Of a stretch of 25,039 nucleotides of DNA, positions 9,198-17,953 are shown one piece after another; the first letter of the stretch is position 1, and the number at the start of each line of letters is the position of its first letter. The notes below the pieces were generated by a model that had not been told where the DNA came from, made no database searches, and saw only the letters and a list, made by a program, of their open reading frames with translations. Location of the stretch: IMG/VR virus record IMGVR_UViG_3300014208_000123, positions 1 through 25,039 of that record. One strand, given 5' to 3'. This DNA is from a virus (taxonomy: Duplodnaviria; Caudoviricetes). Position numbers and translations under genes: made by a program.

Positions 9198-12100
9198 CAA
9201 CGCCCCCCAGTCAACAACGCAGCATAGTCCGTGTCCTCATCATAGGTGAACCCAAGATCACCCAGCACGAGGTACTCGGTCGGGCTGGGCTCAATGTTCT
9301 TGACCCCTTCGTCACCATACACAACATAAGTGACTGCATAGCTGCTATCCGAGGGCAATGTGCCCTTAGGAAGCGCCAACAGCACCCGCCCAGCAGTAAG
9401 CTGCTGCCGCAAGGTGGCAAGGTCTGTAGGGCTTGCTAGGGGGTACTGTGCGGCAAGGGTAGCGTCGTCGCTAAAGTCTGGAATCCAGATGCCGTCGTTC
9501 CCCACAATAAAAGCACCGTTCGGGGTGAGATTCAGGGGCACACCTACTGTATTGGGTGGCGCATCGTAGATTTGCATTGGAGTCTCGTCCTTGTAGACTC
9601 CTCGGAAGTCATTGATCGCCCCACCCCCATCAACAGTTCCTGAAGCCAACGGAGTGAGCAGCAAGAAAATGTCCACCAGATCCGTCGACCACCCGCCTGC
9701 GGCAAGCAAAGGAGACTGATAGTAATCCGCTGGCAACGAGGAAACCAAAACCTCTCGAATCACTTGTGACCCATCTTGTTTGGTCAGGTTCGTGAGAGGT
9801 ACCACCACGTAAGACACACCTAGGGTGCTCTTGATCACATCAATGACATCCGCTTGCCGCAAGGGCTGTCCCATGTTCAGACGCCCGAAATACCTAGCCA
9901 ATGCCGTCCTCAAGGCACTGTCTACAGCGGCAATGGTCTGATTACGCCTTACCACAACAGTAGCCGTAATATTCACCCCTACCTGAAGGGACTCTTTCAC
10001 CAGAACGTCCGCAGTAACATGCCGCATCTGGTCTACAGCATTCTGGGCAACTCCAACCAGTGTGTTGGAGATGTAGGTCACCGTCAGGTTCTCATCGTGC
10101 TCGTAGTCCACCAGCACTGTCTGACCAACCGTCATTCTGGAGCCCGAGGTAAGCAAAAAACCAAGGGGCGTGCTTCCGGACTCCGCCACAAAAGTGAAGT
10201 CCTTGGTTCCCAAACTGGCAGGATGATAAGGCCCCCGATACTCCACAGATCGGTCAAGGTTGTAGATGTGCACCGTGTAGGGATTTGTACCCAAGCTCAA
10301 CAGATACTCGGTGCCCCCAAGAAGCACATGACTCTCTCCAGTCACCACCACAGGTTGAGACGATGGGATTGTGCTGCCCGTTGACTGAATCACCTGGAGA
10401 TAATCTCCGGACTCCGTGGAGTGACCCAACTCCAATGGGTCACTCCCTTGGAACAACTCATACTCAGTACTAGAGACTGTCCCCGAAATGGTGCCCACCA
10501 AAGATAGGATTTCGGAAACGGGCTGACGATTGAAGATATACCTGTTCGAGGTGCGGAATCTGTAGCTCCCCCGAAAGACATCCGTCAAATGGACATTGAC
10601 AGTATCATTGTAAGATGAATCCAGCAGAATTGTGTCATAGGATTCAATCGTCACATTGGTCAGGTCAAAGACCTTGCCCGTAGAGGCATCCACAAATTCC
10701 AGATTCCAAGTTGGGATATTGAGCATCTCAATCAAAGGATTGTCCGCGCTGACAGCCGTGTTCACGGCTCGGAAACGCAGATTCGCAATGTTTCCAACGG
10801 GCTCAAATTGACCGCTGATGACGGACTCGAAACTGAAGGCAAAGGTATCTGTAACTGTTGCCTCTACATCCCCTCGAACCCAGATGTCCACCTTGCCACC
10901 AACATGCCTGCCATTGTCAGGATTACGATCCCGCATCATCAATGCATGCCCGGCATCCACAATTACAGCTTGCCGAATACCGGGTACATCCACAACCGTG
11001 CGGGTGTACCCTCGGTACGTGCCAGCGTCCACCCCTGAGAGCACGCCATCCGCCCGTACAGCCAGATCACGGTTGGACTCGAAGTTGCGCCCCCCGAACG
11101 TAGCGGCATCATTGGAAACCAGCACCCCAGAGGGACCGTCAACCAGGAACTTCACCTGACCCGCAGCTACGTTTCCTGCCTCACCAGGAGATTCTGCCTG
11201 AATGAACACCTGGGCGGAGTACCTACCAGTCGCCGGATTGTAAGTGGCTCCAGCCCCAGTGGGTGAAAGGCTGGCTGAGGAGGTCAACCGGAATCTTACA
11301 GATCCCGTGGACGCCACCTGCCCAATGGGCACAAATTGAGTCACTGTAGGACGTTTGGTTACATAAACTGTGGCTGAACCCCTGGCTCGGAAACCTGGCT
11401 CCCGGGTCACCCCCCGCCGAGCAGCCAATTGATCAAAAGCATTGTCGATCATGTTTTGAACTGAGGTGTCATCATTAAGGAAAAAGGCTTGCTTCAAGGC
11501 AGTTTTGTAGGGTGACTGACTGACGGGCACGGAGGTACCTGAGCCATCTGGATCATCAATGGTCAGTAATGTAGTGAAAGAGTCCGCAGCCTGCATAAAC
11601 CCAATGATGAATCGGATACGTTCAGCCTCAGTGGCGAAAGGATCAATGAAGGTATCCCGAAGCACGGCACCCGGCTTCACATCCAGCTCAGGATGTGAAC
11701 GAAAAATGGACAGAACCGTGTCACGAATGATCTGCTGCCTGGACACAAGTGGCAAAGCTGCCACAGAGGGCGTCACGATTAGGGGTGAGGCAGCCACCTC
11801 TGGTGACAAAGAGGACTCATACTCGACCCCGTCAATGAAATAGATGGCAGAAACCACATAGTAGAGAGGATCCGTGTCCAGCAATGTGTTGAAGTCTGCA
11901 TTGGGGATGGCGGGATTCGTTGTGGAAGGAGTTGCCCTTCTGTCATGCACAAACGAGTACTGCGTTGAAGTTTGAACCGAATTGACCTGGATCGTAGTTT
12001 TGATCTGGGTGACGTTGTACGGAATTTCTACCGTCTGATTGAAGTCCGTTTGGAAAACTGTTCCGCCTGGACTCTCCTCGTCTCCTGTAAGGTGCAGATA

Positions 12101-12709
12101 GAGCGGATCCGATGCAGGATTGCCATTGCTATCTACGGCAACGTTAGCATCAACGGTCAGCTCCCCCAGGATGCTGTCCGTCTCTACCGTAGAGCCAGAA
12201 ATGACAGGAGTAATGTTGATCTGATGATAGCCGACCAGTCCCCCACCGGGTTCAGTGGAGGCATAGAAATTGTACCCAGTTACGTTCGTATCATCCAATC
12301 CCGTGACGTTGATCTGAACTGTTTGGTCTTGACGCTCAACAAAGATCCCGGTCGGGGGCAAAACATCGGAGCGCACATCCCGCTCAAGAGATAGGGTGGC
12401 TTCAGCTACCCCTGAAGATGTCGTCACCCCAGAAGTAAGTACGGACTTGACCTCGACTCGGTTAATGCCCGGGAACAGCTGCAAGCCAGCTGGATAAGCT
12501 GACGGGTTGGGAATGGTGAAAGAGGTTCCGTCAAAGAGAATGACGTCGGGGCTGGAAGTAAAAGCACTGCCCCGGACAGACACCAGCATGTCCACGGTGT
12601 CAGCGTCCATGGTCCCGTTGAAAAATCGGGACGAGACATCGGTCGTGAAATTGAATAGCTCCCGGAGCACATTATCGGGTCCGAGAAACTGGGGAGCCTT
12701 GGTCGCCAT
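9197..12709 (-). CDS. Baseplate J-like (P2 gpJ / Mu gp47 / T4 gp6 family) wedge protein, enlarged (1170 aa)
   Basis: Core motifs: LDVKPGAVLRDTFIDP, FDQLAARRGVTREPGFRARG, IQAESPGEAGNVAAG, VSNDAATFGGRNFESNRDLAVR, GGKVDIWV, and C-terminal VNITATV...LARYFGRLNMGQPLRQADVIDVIKSTLGVSYV. AGGAG precedes the ATG. Confidence 0.88.
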   Translation of the reverse strand: MATKAPQFLGPDNVLRELFNFTTDVSSRFFNGTMDADTVDMLVSVRGSAFTSSPDVILFDGTSFTIPNPSAYPAGLQLFPGINRVEVKSVLTSGVTTSSGVAEATLSLERDVRSDVLPPTGIFVERQDQTVQINVTGLDDTNVTGYNFYASTEPGGGLVGYHQINITPVISGSTVETDSILGELTVDANVAVDSNGNPASDPLYLHLTGDEESPGGTVFQTDFNQTVEIPYNVTQIKTTIQVNSVQTSTQYSFVHDRRATPSTTNPAIPNADFNTLLDTDPLYYVVSAIYFIDGVEYESSLSPEVAASPLIVTPSVAALPLVSRQQIIRDTVLSIFRSHPELDVKPGAVLRDTFIDPFATEAERIRFIIGFMQAADSFTTLLTIDDPDGSGTSVPVSQSPYKTALKQAFFLNDDTSVQNMIDNAFDQLAARRGVTREPGFRARGSATVYVTKRPTVTQFVPIGQVASTGSVRFRLTSSASLSPTGAGATYNPATGRYSAQVFIQAESPGEAGNVAAGQVKFLVDGPSGVLVSNDAATFGGRNFESNRDLAVRADGVLSGVDAGTYRGYTRTVVDVPGIRQAVIVDAGHALMMRDRNPDNGRHVGGKVDIWVRGDVEATVTDTFAFSFESVISGQFEPVGNIANLRFRAVNTAVSADNPLIEMLNIPTWNLEFVDASTGKVFDLTNVTIESYDTILLDSSYNDTVNVHLTDVFRGSYRFRTSNRYIFNRQPVSEILSLVGTISGTVSSTEYELFQGSDPLELGHSTESGDYLQVIQSTGSTIPSSQPVVVTGESHVLLGGTEYLLSLGTNPYTVHIYNLDRSVEYRGPYHPASLGTKDFTFVAESGSTPLGFLLTSGSRMTVGQTVLVDYEHDENLTVTYISNTLVGVAQNAVDQMRHVTADVLVKESLQVGVNITATVVVRRNQTIAAVDSALRTALARYFGRLNMGQPLRQADVIDVIKSTLGVSYVVVPLTNLTKQDGSQVIREVLVSSLPADYYQSPLLAAGGWSTDLVDIFLLLTPLASGTVDGGGAINDFRGVYKDETPMQIYDAPPNTVGVPLNLTPNGAFIVGNDGIWIPDFSDDATLAAQYPLASPTDLATLRQQLTAGRVLLALPKGTLPSDSSYAVTYVVYGDEGVKNIEPSPTEYLVLGDLGFTYDEDTDYAALLTGGR

Positions 12710-12710
12710 T

Positions 12711-13871
12711 CTAGCTCCTGTTCAGGTTCAACACAGACGGAGTCGAGATTTGCAATGGTGTTGGCTGCGGGCCCAGCATGAGCCCGTTGCTTCCCATCAA
12801 GGCAACTACCGAGGGAACCGTGAACACAATAGACAGGTTGATTTGTGAGGCAGCGGCATTCTGCACCGTCACATCAATCATGTAAGTAGTCGGGTCCTGA
12901 GCGTGAGGGTACACCTGGACAGACTTCACGGAGTACAGGCGCTCTTTCAGAGTCACCTGCTGATACTTGGCTTGCTCCTCTTGCAATGACTGCATCCGAG
13001 CTAATGCCCGACGCACATCCTCACTGATGAGTGCAGCCACACCCGAGATTGCCTTCGAACCAATTCGGGACTTGAGCTGAGTCCCATACCAAGGCTGATA
13101 GGGATTGCTTCCTTTCTCAGTGAGCAGGATCTTGAGCGCCGCCTGATAGAGCAGATTCTCATCCTGGATAAGAATGGCTTGCCCGCCCTCATCCAAACGG
13201 ATGTCATTCTCTACATAGGTGCCCCCACAGCGCAGACATCGAGAGGGAGGCACGGTGTACGTGACCTTGAAAATCGGATTACCTTTCACGGGGTAGTCAA
13301 ACTTGGGGTAGCGATTGACGATGTCGTCTTCTCTCTTGTAGAGCCGCCATCCAGGAAACAGCATTTGTCCCTGGGCTCCCCTTTGACGATCTGACAAGCC
13401 TGGAGAACCAAAACCCAAGCGAACGGCTGCCGTACCGCTCAAGCGCACAAAGGAATTCAACCCCACCGATTGCAGATCGCTGAAGCGCAGTGAACCATTA
13501 GTATTGGTGACCGTTGCCACGTTGAACTGCGTGAACAGCATCCGCTTGATGATCTGATCCGTTGTGAAACGGGCAGCGGTTTGCACCCCAAAGGACACTG
13601 TTTGAGTACCCAGTGAGGTTTCCACCGTGAGAGAGTCTTCTCCGGAAACCAGATCAAAAGGTCCCGAGATGGCACCTGAAAGATCTGCCGAGGAGTACAA
13701 GCCACTCTGCGGAACAAACAGCCTGGTGTCGTCGTTGACCAGAATGCGAACTGTCCCTGAGTTACCAACGGGCTGCCTGGTCGGCAACGTTCGCCGATCA
13801 GATCCTAGCTGAACCACCTCTTCGATGGTCAGATGTGGGCAAGCCCAGGCAAGTTGAAAATCTCGTGCCAT
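12711..13871 (-). CDS. gp25/GPW-like baseplate protein (sheath initiator) with a long N-terminal extension (386 aa)
   Basis: C-terminal LYQAALKILLTEKGSNPYQPWYGTQLKSRIG...SEDVRRAL...YMIDVTV fits the gp25 family pattern, and the gene sits immediately upstream of baseplate J as in canonical contractile tails. Strong GAGAGGAG Shine-Dalgarno. Confidence 0.82.
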   Translation of the reverse strand: MARDFQLAWACPHLTIEEVVQLGSDRRTLPTRQPVGNSGTVRILVNDDTRLFVPQSGLYSSADLSGAISGPFDLVSGEDSLTVETSLGTQTVSFGVQTAARFTTDQIIKRMLFTQFNVATVTNTNGSLRFSDLQSVGLNSFVRLSGTAAVRLGFGSPGLSDRQRGAQGQMLFPGWRLYKREDDIVNRYPKFDYPVKGNPIFKVTYTVPPSRCLRCGGTYVENDIRLDEGGQAILIQDENLLYQAALKILLTEKGSNPYQPWYGTQLKSRIGSKAISGVAALISEDVRRALARMQSLQEEQAKYQQVTLKERLYSVKSVQVYPHAQDPTTYMIDVTVQNAAASQINLSIVFTVPSVVALMGSNGLMLGPQPTPLQISTPSVLNLNRS

Positions 13872-13872
13872 G

Positions 13873-13916
13873 ACACTCCTCTCACAGGAGCGTTCCGTAT
13901 AGGCAGGACAACGCTC
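13873..13916 (-). promoter_or_regulatory. Intergenic element: candidate late promoter CCTGCCTATAC (13897-13907), Shine-Dalgarno, and two overlapping inverted repeats
   Basis: Minus strand reads TGA-GCGTTGTCCTGCCTATACGGAACGCTCCTGTGAGAGGAGTGTC-ATG. It contains GAGCGTT/AACGCTC (7 bp) and ACGCTCCT/AGGAGTGT (8 bp with one GU pair). Confidence 0.5.
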
Positions 13917-14799
13917 AGCAACCCAGCGGATCTCGAAGCTCCGAGGGTAGATCAGGGAAAGTGAACTTCAGGAAACCAACGTTGTTGTTAGCCTTGAACG
14001 AAATCACCCTTCCAGTAGGGTCCATCTCATAGATCAGGTTATACAGATCCTGCACAAGATTCTGCATCAACAGCCCTGGATCAATCCTGGAGGTATCAAT
14101 GCTGCCCATGCAATCCAGGGAGCCACCAAACGCTTGTGCCAGCACGGCATCTCGTTCCTGGGTAAGCTGCTCCCGCAAATCTGCGAGTTTCACGATTCTC
14201 CATTCTATGTCTTGAAGCCTTTCCTTGATCTCTTGGTTAGCCCAGCTTCGGATCTGGTGCATTGTACGCACAATACCATCAGCATCATAGGCACCGGCAC
14301 TCACCCTCCCGCCTTGACGGGCAGGGAAATAGCGATCAGATCTGATAAAGCCACCCTGATAAGGTCCGTACCCTGTTTTCTCCCCACTCTGCGTAGGCTC
14401 ATTGGGGTTCGCAGACTGAGGGGCGTAAACCCCAGCATGAGGGTACACCTCAGAAGTTTTGGTGGGCTCCCCATCCTCTGCTTCTAGTACCTCCACACAA
14501 TCCGGGTACATGAAAGACGAAATGTTCAATGGGTTTCCCCCATTGGCAACGTAAGCCTGAAGCAATCTCCCCAAAGAGGAGTTGTGTGTTACCGAAATCC
14601 CTACACGTTCCTCGGTCTTACGAGGTTGACCCTCCACCTCGGTACTGAGGTAGGTAACCTTCAGTTGACCAATGCGCTCCAACTCCGCATTGAGTGTGGC
14701 AATTCGGGCAGAAACGTCCCTGCGATTCTGGAGCAACCATGAGGAGTAAGCCCGAAAGTATCCAACGGGCCATACACTCAGCTTGTCAAAGGAGGACAT
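13915..14799 (-). CDS. Hypothetical protein with two coiled-coil segments (294 aa), probably virion-associated
   Basis: GAGGTG Shine-Dalgarno overlaps the upstream TGA. Heptad-like segments RRDVSARIATLNAELERI and IKERLQDIEWRIVKLADLREQLTQERDAVL. Confidence 0.75.
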   Translation of the reverse strand: MSSFDKLSVWPVGYFRAYSSWLLQNRRDVSARIATLNAELERIGQLKVTYLSTEVEGQPRKTEERVGISVTHNSSLGRLLQAYVANGGNPLNISSFMYPDCVEVLEAEDGEPTKTSEVYPHAGVYAPQSANPNEPTQSGEKTGYGPYQGGFIRSDRYFPARQGGRVSAGAYDADGIVRTMHQIRSWANQEIKERLQDIEWRIVKLADLREQLTQERDAVLAQAFGGSLDCMGSIDTSRIDPGLLMQNLVQDLYNLIYEMDPTGRVISFKANNNVGFLKFTFPDLPSELRDPLGC

Positions 14800-14807
14800 T
14801 TTTCACC

Positions 14808-17732
14808 TCACAGGACATCGGGTTCAGGATCGGCTGGGGGCACTACAGGTTCCCCTCCGATTCCTGGAATACTGAGCGTTGGAGCCGCCAGGTACTGTCC
14901 GATCTGTGGATTGCTAGGATCACTGACCATAAGCATCTTGATCAGATCTAGGAACCAGGCTGGCCCCGCAGGGAACAGCACAGCAATCCCAGCCCCATAA
15001 GATAGGGGGCTGTCCTGTGGTTTGTTCTCCGCTGACACCAGATCCCCTAACACACCATAGGTGCCATTAGAGACTAGGAACAAAGCTGAGCACTGAGGGA
15101 TCTGAAATGCCAGCCCAAGCAAAGACTGGAGCAACGCATTGATCCGGCGAATCAACTGCTGGAGGTCTACAATGCGAGCCTCAATGAACTCAATGTAGCG
15201 TAGAATCCGATCGACAATTCCCTCAAGGGAACGGGAAATGGATTCCATCCAGTCCAGCACAGTCCCCAGGTAATCCTCGATCGAGGGATACATGTCGAAG
15301 AATCGGATGTTGATCCAGGCTCCATCCGACAGCGGACGTCGCATGGCTGAACTTGCCAGTCCCAGAGCAATCCCGGTCTGCTGGAAAAGCTCCTCATGGG
15401 TTGCCAGCAAACTACGGCAGTAGTGCATCCCTGCATTACTAGGGGCTGAATCCACAGTGGATGTCAAGGTACCGGCATCAATCACAAACACTGGAGAAAG
15501 ATCCGCAGACCCCACCTTGCCAGCTGCCGAGGCAGTCAATTGCAACCGTGCCTGAAACTCAGCCGGCACACTGAGGGAACCATCTGGTTGAATGAATTTC
15601 TGATAGGTCTGCTGGAGCACCATAGGCCCCGTGGTGGTCAGACGCTGTGCCTCTGTTGGGTCTGCCTCAAAAGTGATGTCCCAATCTTTCTCAGGGGCAT
15701 TCAAGGATGATTCAAACATTTGAGGTGCTCTGTCCTGAAGCACCCCCGGGACAAGCAGTACCTCTTGTGCACGATCCTCAGTTAGATTGGCGCTGTAAGG
15801 GTTGAGTGCCAGACCGTAGTTAGGATCTGATCCAGCGGATGTATCCACATCCAGGGACTGCAAGATAGTTGCTTGCCGAATCCCCACGGGAACCGTGCTA
15901 AGTTCCACGGAGGTGCCCGTCAGTAGTGTCCCCCACGTTACAGTCCGCAAATACTCGGTTTGTTCAACCACATACTTTTCGATCTCAGGCATTGGTCCCG
16001 TGAGGTTGTACAAGTCCCTGGTGACACGACCAATTCGTTGAAGCAGATCTTTACGAGCAACCGTAGGGTCAACGTTGCGCTCCTCAATGGCTTTCCGGTA
16101 GTCCTCGTAGATCATTCCAGCTAGATGCCGGTAGGGCTCCAGCCCACTTCGAGCCTTTGCTAAGCCCGCCATGACTCGGTTGCCTGACATCAGATCCTGG
16201 TAGATGTCTTCGGGGATTGTACCCTTGATGTCATCTACGGGTACGAGATCCGGTCGGCTCAGCACCAGTACTGCCAGCGCCGTCTGCACTGCCTTCAGAT
16301 ATTCATTCGTGTTAGAATTTGGGAATGTCACTTTGATGGGATCTGAAAAAGTACCCACCTCGGTAGCACTCACCCCTGTAGCAGGAGCAATCAGGATTGG
16401 CTGCGTTGTATTATCCGACGTGCCGTCAACGTTCTCGAAGTCCCAGACGAAGTTCTCAGCCGAGGCAATAGCTGAGGAGCAAACCGCTACTCGAACATAG
16501 AGATTGACGGCTCGACCTGCCTTTGTCAGACTCCAGGTACCGTCCCCGTTGCTAGTTACTTTCGCTTCGTAAGGCATCTGGGTAGCATCAAGCACAAAAG
16601 AAAATTCCCCCGCTGCCCAGCCATCCAAGGATGTCGTAACAGGACTGTAATAGGTGCGCTGGAGGAGATAATCGTCACCCTGTTTCAGCTGCTCCAATGG
16701 AATGATCGAGTCATCCCCTGTCATCCGGACGCCATAGATGCGGGTTCTACCCGGCTTGACAATGGGCGGAGTCTTAGATGTGTCGATGGAGTCATTGTAG
16801 GTCAAAGTTGATGGCAGGTTGATCATGTCGTCCCCGCCATAAAGTACCAGGGGCTGCCCAGTTCCATTGACCCTGACGGCATCGTATTCTCTGGGCTGGG
16901 ACATTGAGCCCCCAATGGGCTTCTTCAGATCAGCATTGGATTGCGAACGGTCGTACACCACCTTCAGCCCTTCGGGCAAAGTGGAAATCGTTACGATAAA
17001 CCCCCCAGGAGGCAAAGGTGGAATGATGTCATAGGGATTGCGAGCAGTCGTCGGACGCAATGTCCAGCGCACCTCAGCCAAACTAGCTGCGGTCACATCA
17101 CTATCAAAAGAGGCAGCAATGGAGGATGGGTGCAGGATGCTGACTGCATCCGTCCCGTAGCCAACATTGGTTAGCTGAGGAGTAGGCTGCCCACCAGGGG
17201 CTGTGTACGCCTGCTTGAAGTATGCCATGAGCTGGAGCACGAATTCAATGAGGGGATCGATAACGGGAACATTCACCTGAGTGGATTGATCGGAAAGGGA
17301 GCGCACCCTACTGATGTCGTTAGATGTAGCAGACAGATAGAAAAAAATGCTGAACACAGAAACGTCTGCTGTCAAATCCGGGCGTGTGGGGTCTGATCGA
17401 TCAGTCAAGCGGCTGATCATCCTCCGCTCGTACTCGGCAAAGCCACCCTTCAAATCCTCATAGGGATAGGTCAGCAACCCCCAGTCCCCTGTGATGTAGA
17501 CCCCCATCTGACGCAAGTTCTGCAGTAGGGTATTGATCTCGTTGATGATTGCCTGCACAAGTGCCAGGATAGGATTGAGGTATCCGACCAAGAAGGTCTT
17601 TACAAAGTTGAGCGCCGTGAGTGCGATGTCCAAGACGGCAACCAGAAACTCAGCAACATTGTTGATGCTGTCCCGCACATCCTGAAGGAAATCCGGAACC
17701 TCAATGGTGAGTGTCCCCCACTGACCTTCCAT
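14808..17732 (-). CDS. Hypothetical baseplate-region protein with N- and C-terminal amphipathic helical modules (974 aa)
   Basis: Long ORF coupled to the upstream gene by a TGATG overlap. Helical termini flank a mixed, partly beta-rich centre. No family recognised with confidence. Confidence 0.75.
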   Translation of the reverse strand: MEGQWGTLTIEVPDFLQDVRDSINNVAEFLVAVLDIALTALNFVKTFLVGYLNPILALVQAIINEINTLLQNLRQMGVYITGDWGLLTYPYEDLKGGFAEYERRMISRLTDRSDPTRPDLTADVSVFSIFFYLSATSNDISRVRSLSDQSTQVNVPVIDPLIEFVLQLMAYFKQAYTAPGGQPTPQLTNVGYGTDAVSILHPSSIAASFDSDVTAASLAEVRWTLRPTTARNPYDIIPPLPPGGFIVTISTLPEGLKVVYDRSQSNADLKKPIGGSMSQPREYDAVRVNGTGQPLVLYGGDDMINLPSTLTYNDSIDTSKTPPIVKPGRTRIYGVRMTGDDSIIPLEQLKQGDDYLLQRTYYSPVTTSLDGWAAGEFSFVLDATQMPYEAKVTSNGDGTWSLTKAGRAVNLYVRVAVCSSAIASAENFVWDFENVDGTSDNTTQPILIAPATGVSATEVGTFSDPIKVTFPNSNTNEYLKAVQTALAVLVLSRPDLVPVDDIKGTIPEDIYQDLMSGNRVMAGLAKARSGLEPYRHLAGMIYEDYRKAIEERNVDPTVARKDLLQRIGRVTRDLYNLTGPMPEIEKYVVEQTEYLRTVTWGTLLTGTSVELSTVPVGIRQATILQSLDVDTSAGSDPNYGLALNPYSANLTEDRAQEVLLVPGVLQDRAPQMFESSLNAPEKDWDITFEADPTEAQRLTTTGPMVLQQTYQKFIQPDGSLSVPAEFQARLQLTASAAGKVGSADLSPVFVIDAGTLTSTVDSAPSNAGMHYCRSLLATHEELFQQTGIALGLASSAMRRPLSDGAWINIRFFDMYPSIEDYLGTVLDWMESISRSLEGIVDRILRYIEFIEARIVDLQQLIRRINALLQSLLGLAFQIPQCSALFLVSNGTYGVLGDLVSAENKPQDSPLSYGAGIAVLFPAGPAWFLDLIKMLMVSDPSNPQIGQYLAAPTLSIPGIGGEPVVPPADPEPDVL

Positions 17733-17953
17733 CAGCGACCCCCACCGTGCCGCAACCGAGCGACCTGCTCTCGCAGCCCGGCTACGGTTTTTTGGTCCTT
17801 TGCAACAAGCTCTTCCAGAACGGCTCGCAACTTGAGCAGAGCCTCGACCTGACCCGCAGTCGCACCAGGCAAGAGTTTCTGCTGAACCTCAGTCCAATCC
17901 CCTGGTTTCAAACCCTGTTGCTTCAGATCCTCTTTGATGTCCTTGGTGCTCAT
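17732..17953 (-). CDS. Small coiled-coil protein (73 aa)
   Basis: Exactly fills the gap between two large genes, with an ATGA overlap upstream and a TGATG overlap downstream. The segment LLKLRAVLEELVAKDQKTVAGLREQVARL is heptad-like. Confidence 0.75.
   Translation of the reverse strand: MSTKDIKEDLKQQGLKPGDWTEVQQKLLPGATAGQVEALLKLRAVLEELVAKDQKTVAGLREQVARLRHGGGR

Noticed and set aside
7833-13871. Assignment as a T6SS or a typical eCIS (Afp/PVC) locus
   Set aside because: No TssK/TssJLM, ClpV, Afp15-like ATPase or effector genes are visible, and the tailspike and giant fibre-like genes fit a phage better. This is not formally excluded without flanking sequence.
7777-13916. Intergenic inverted repeats as intrinsic terminators
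   Set aside because: The stems are short, two have long loops, and none is followed by a U-tract on the coding strand.
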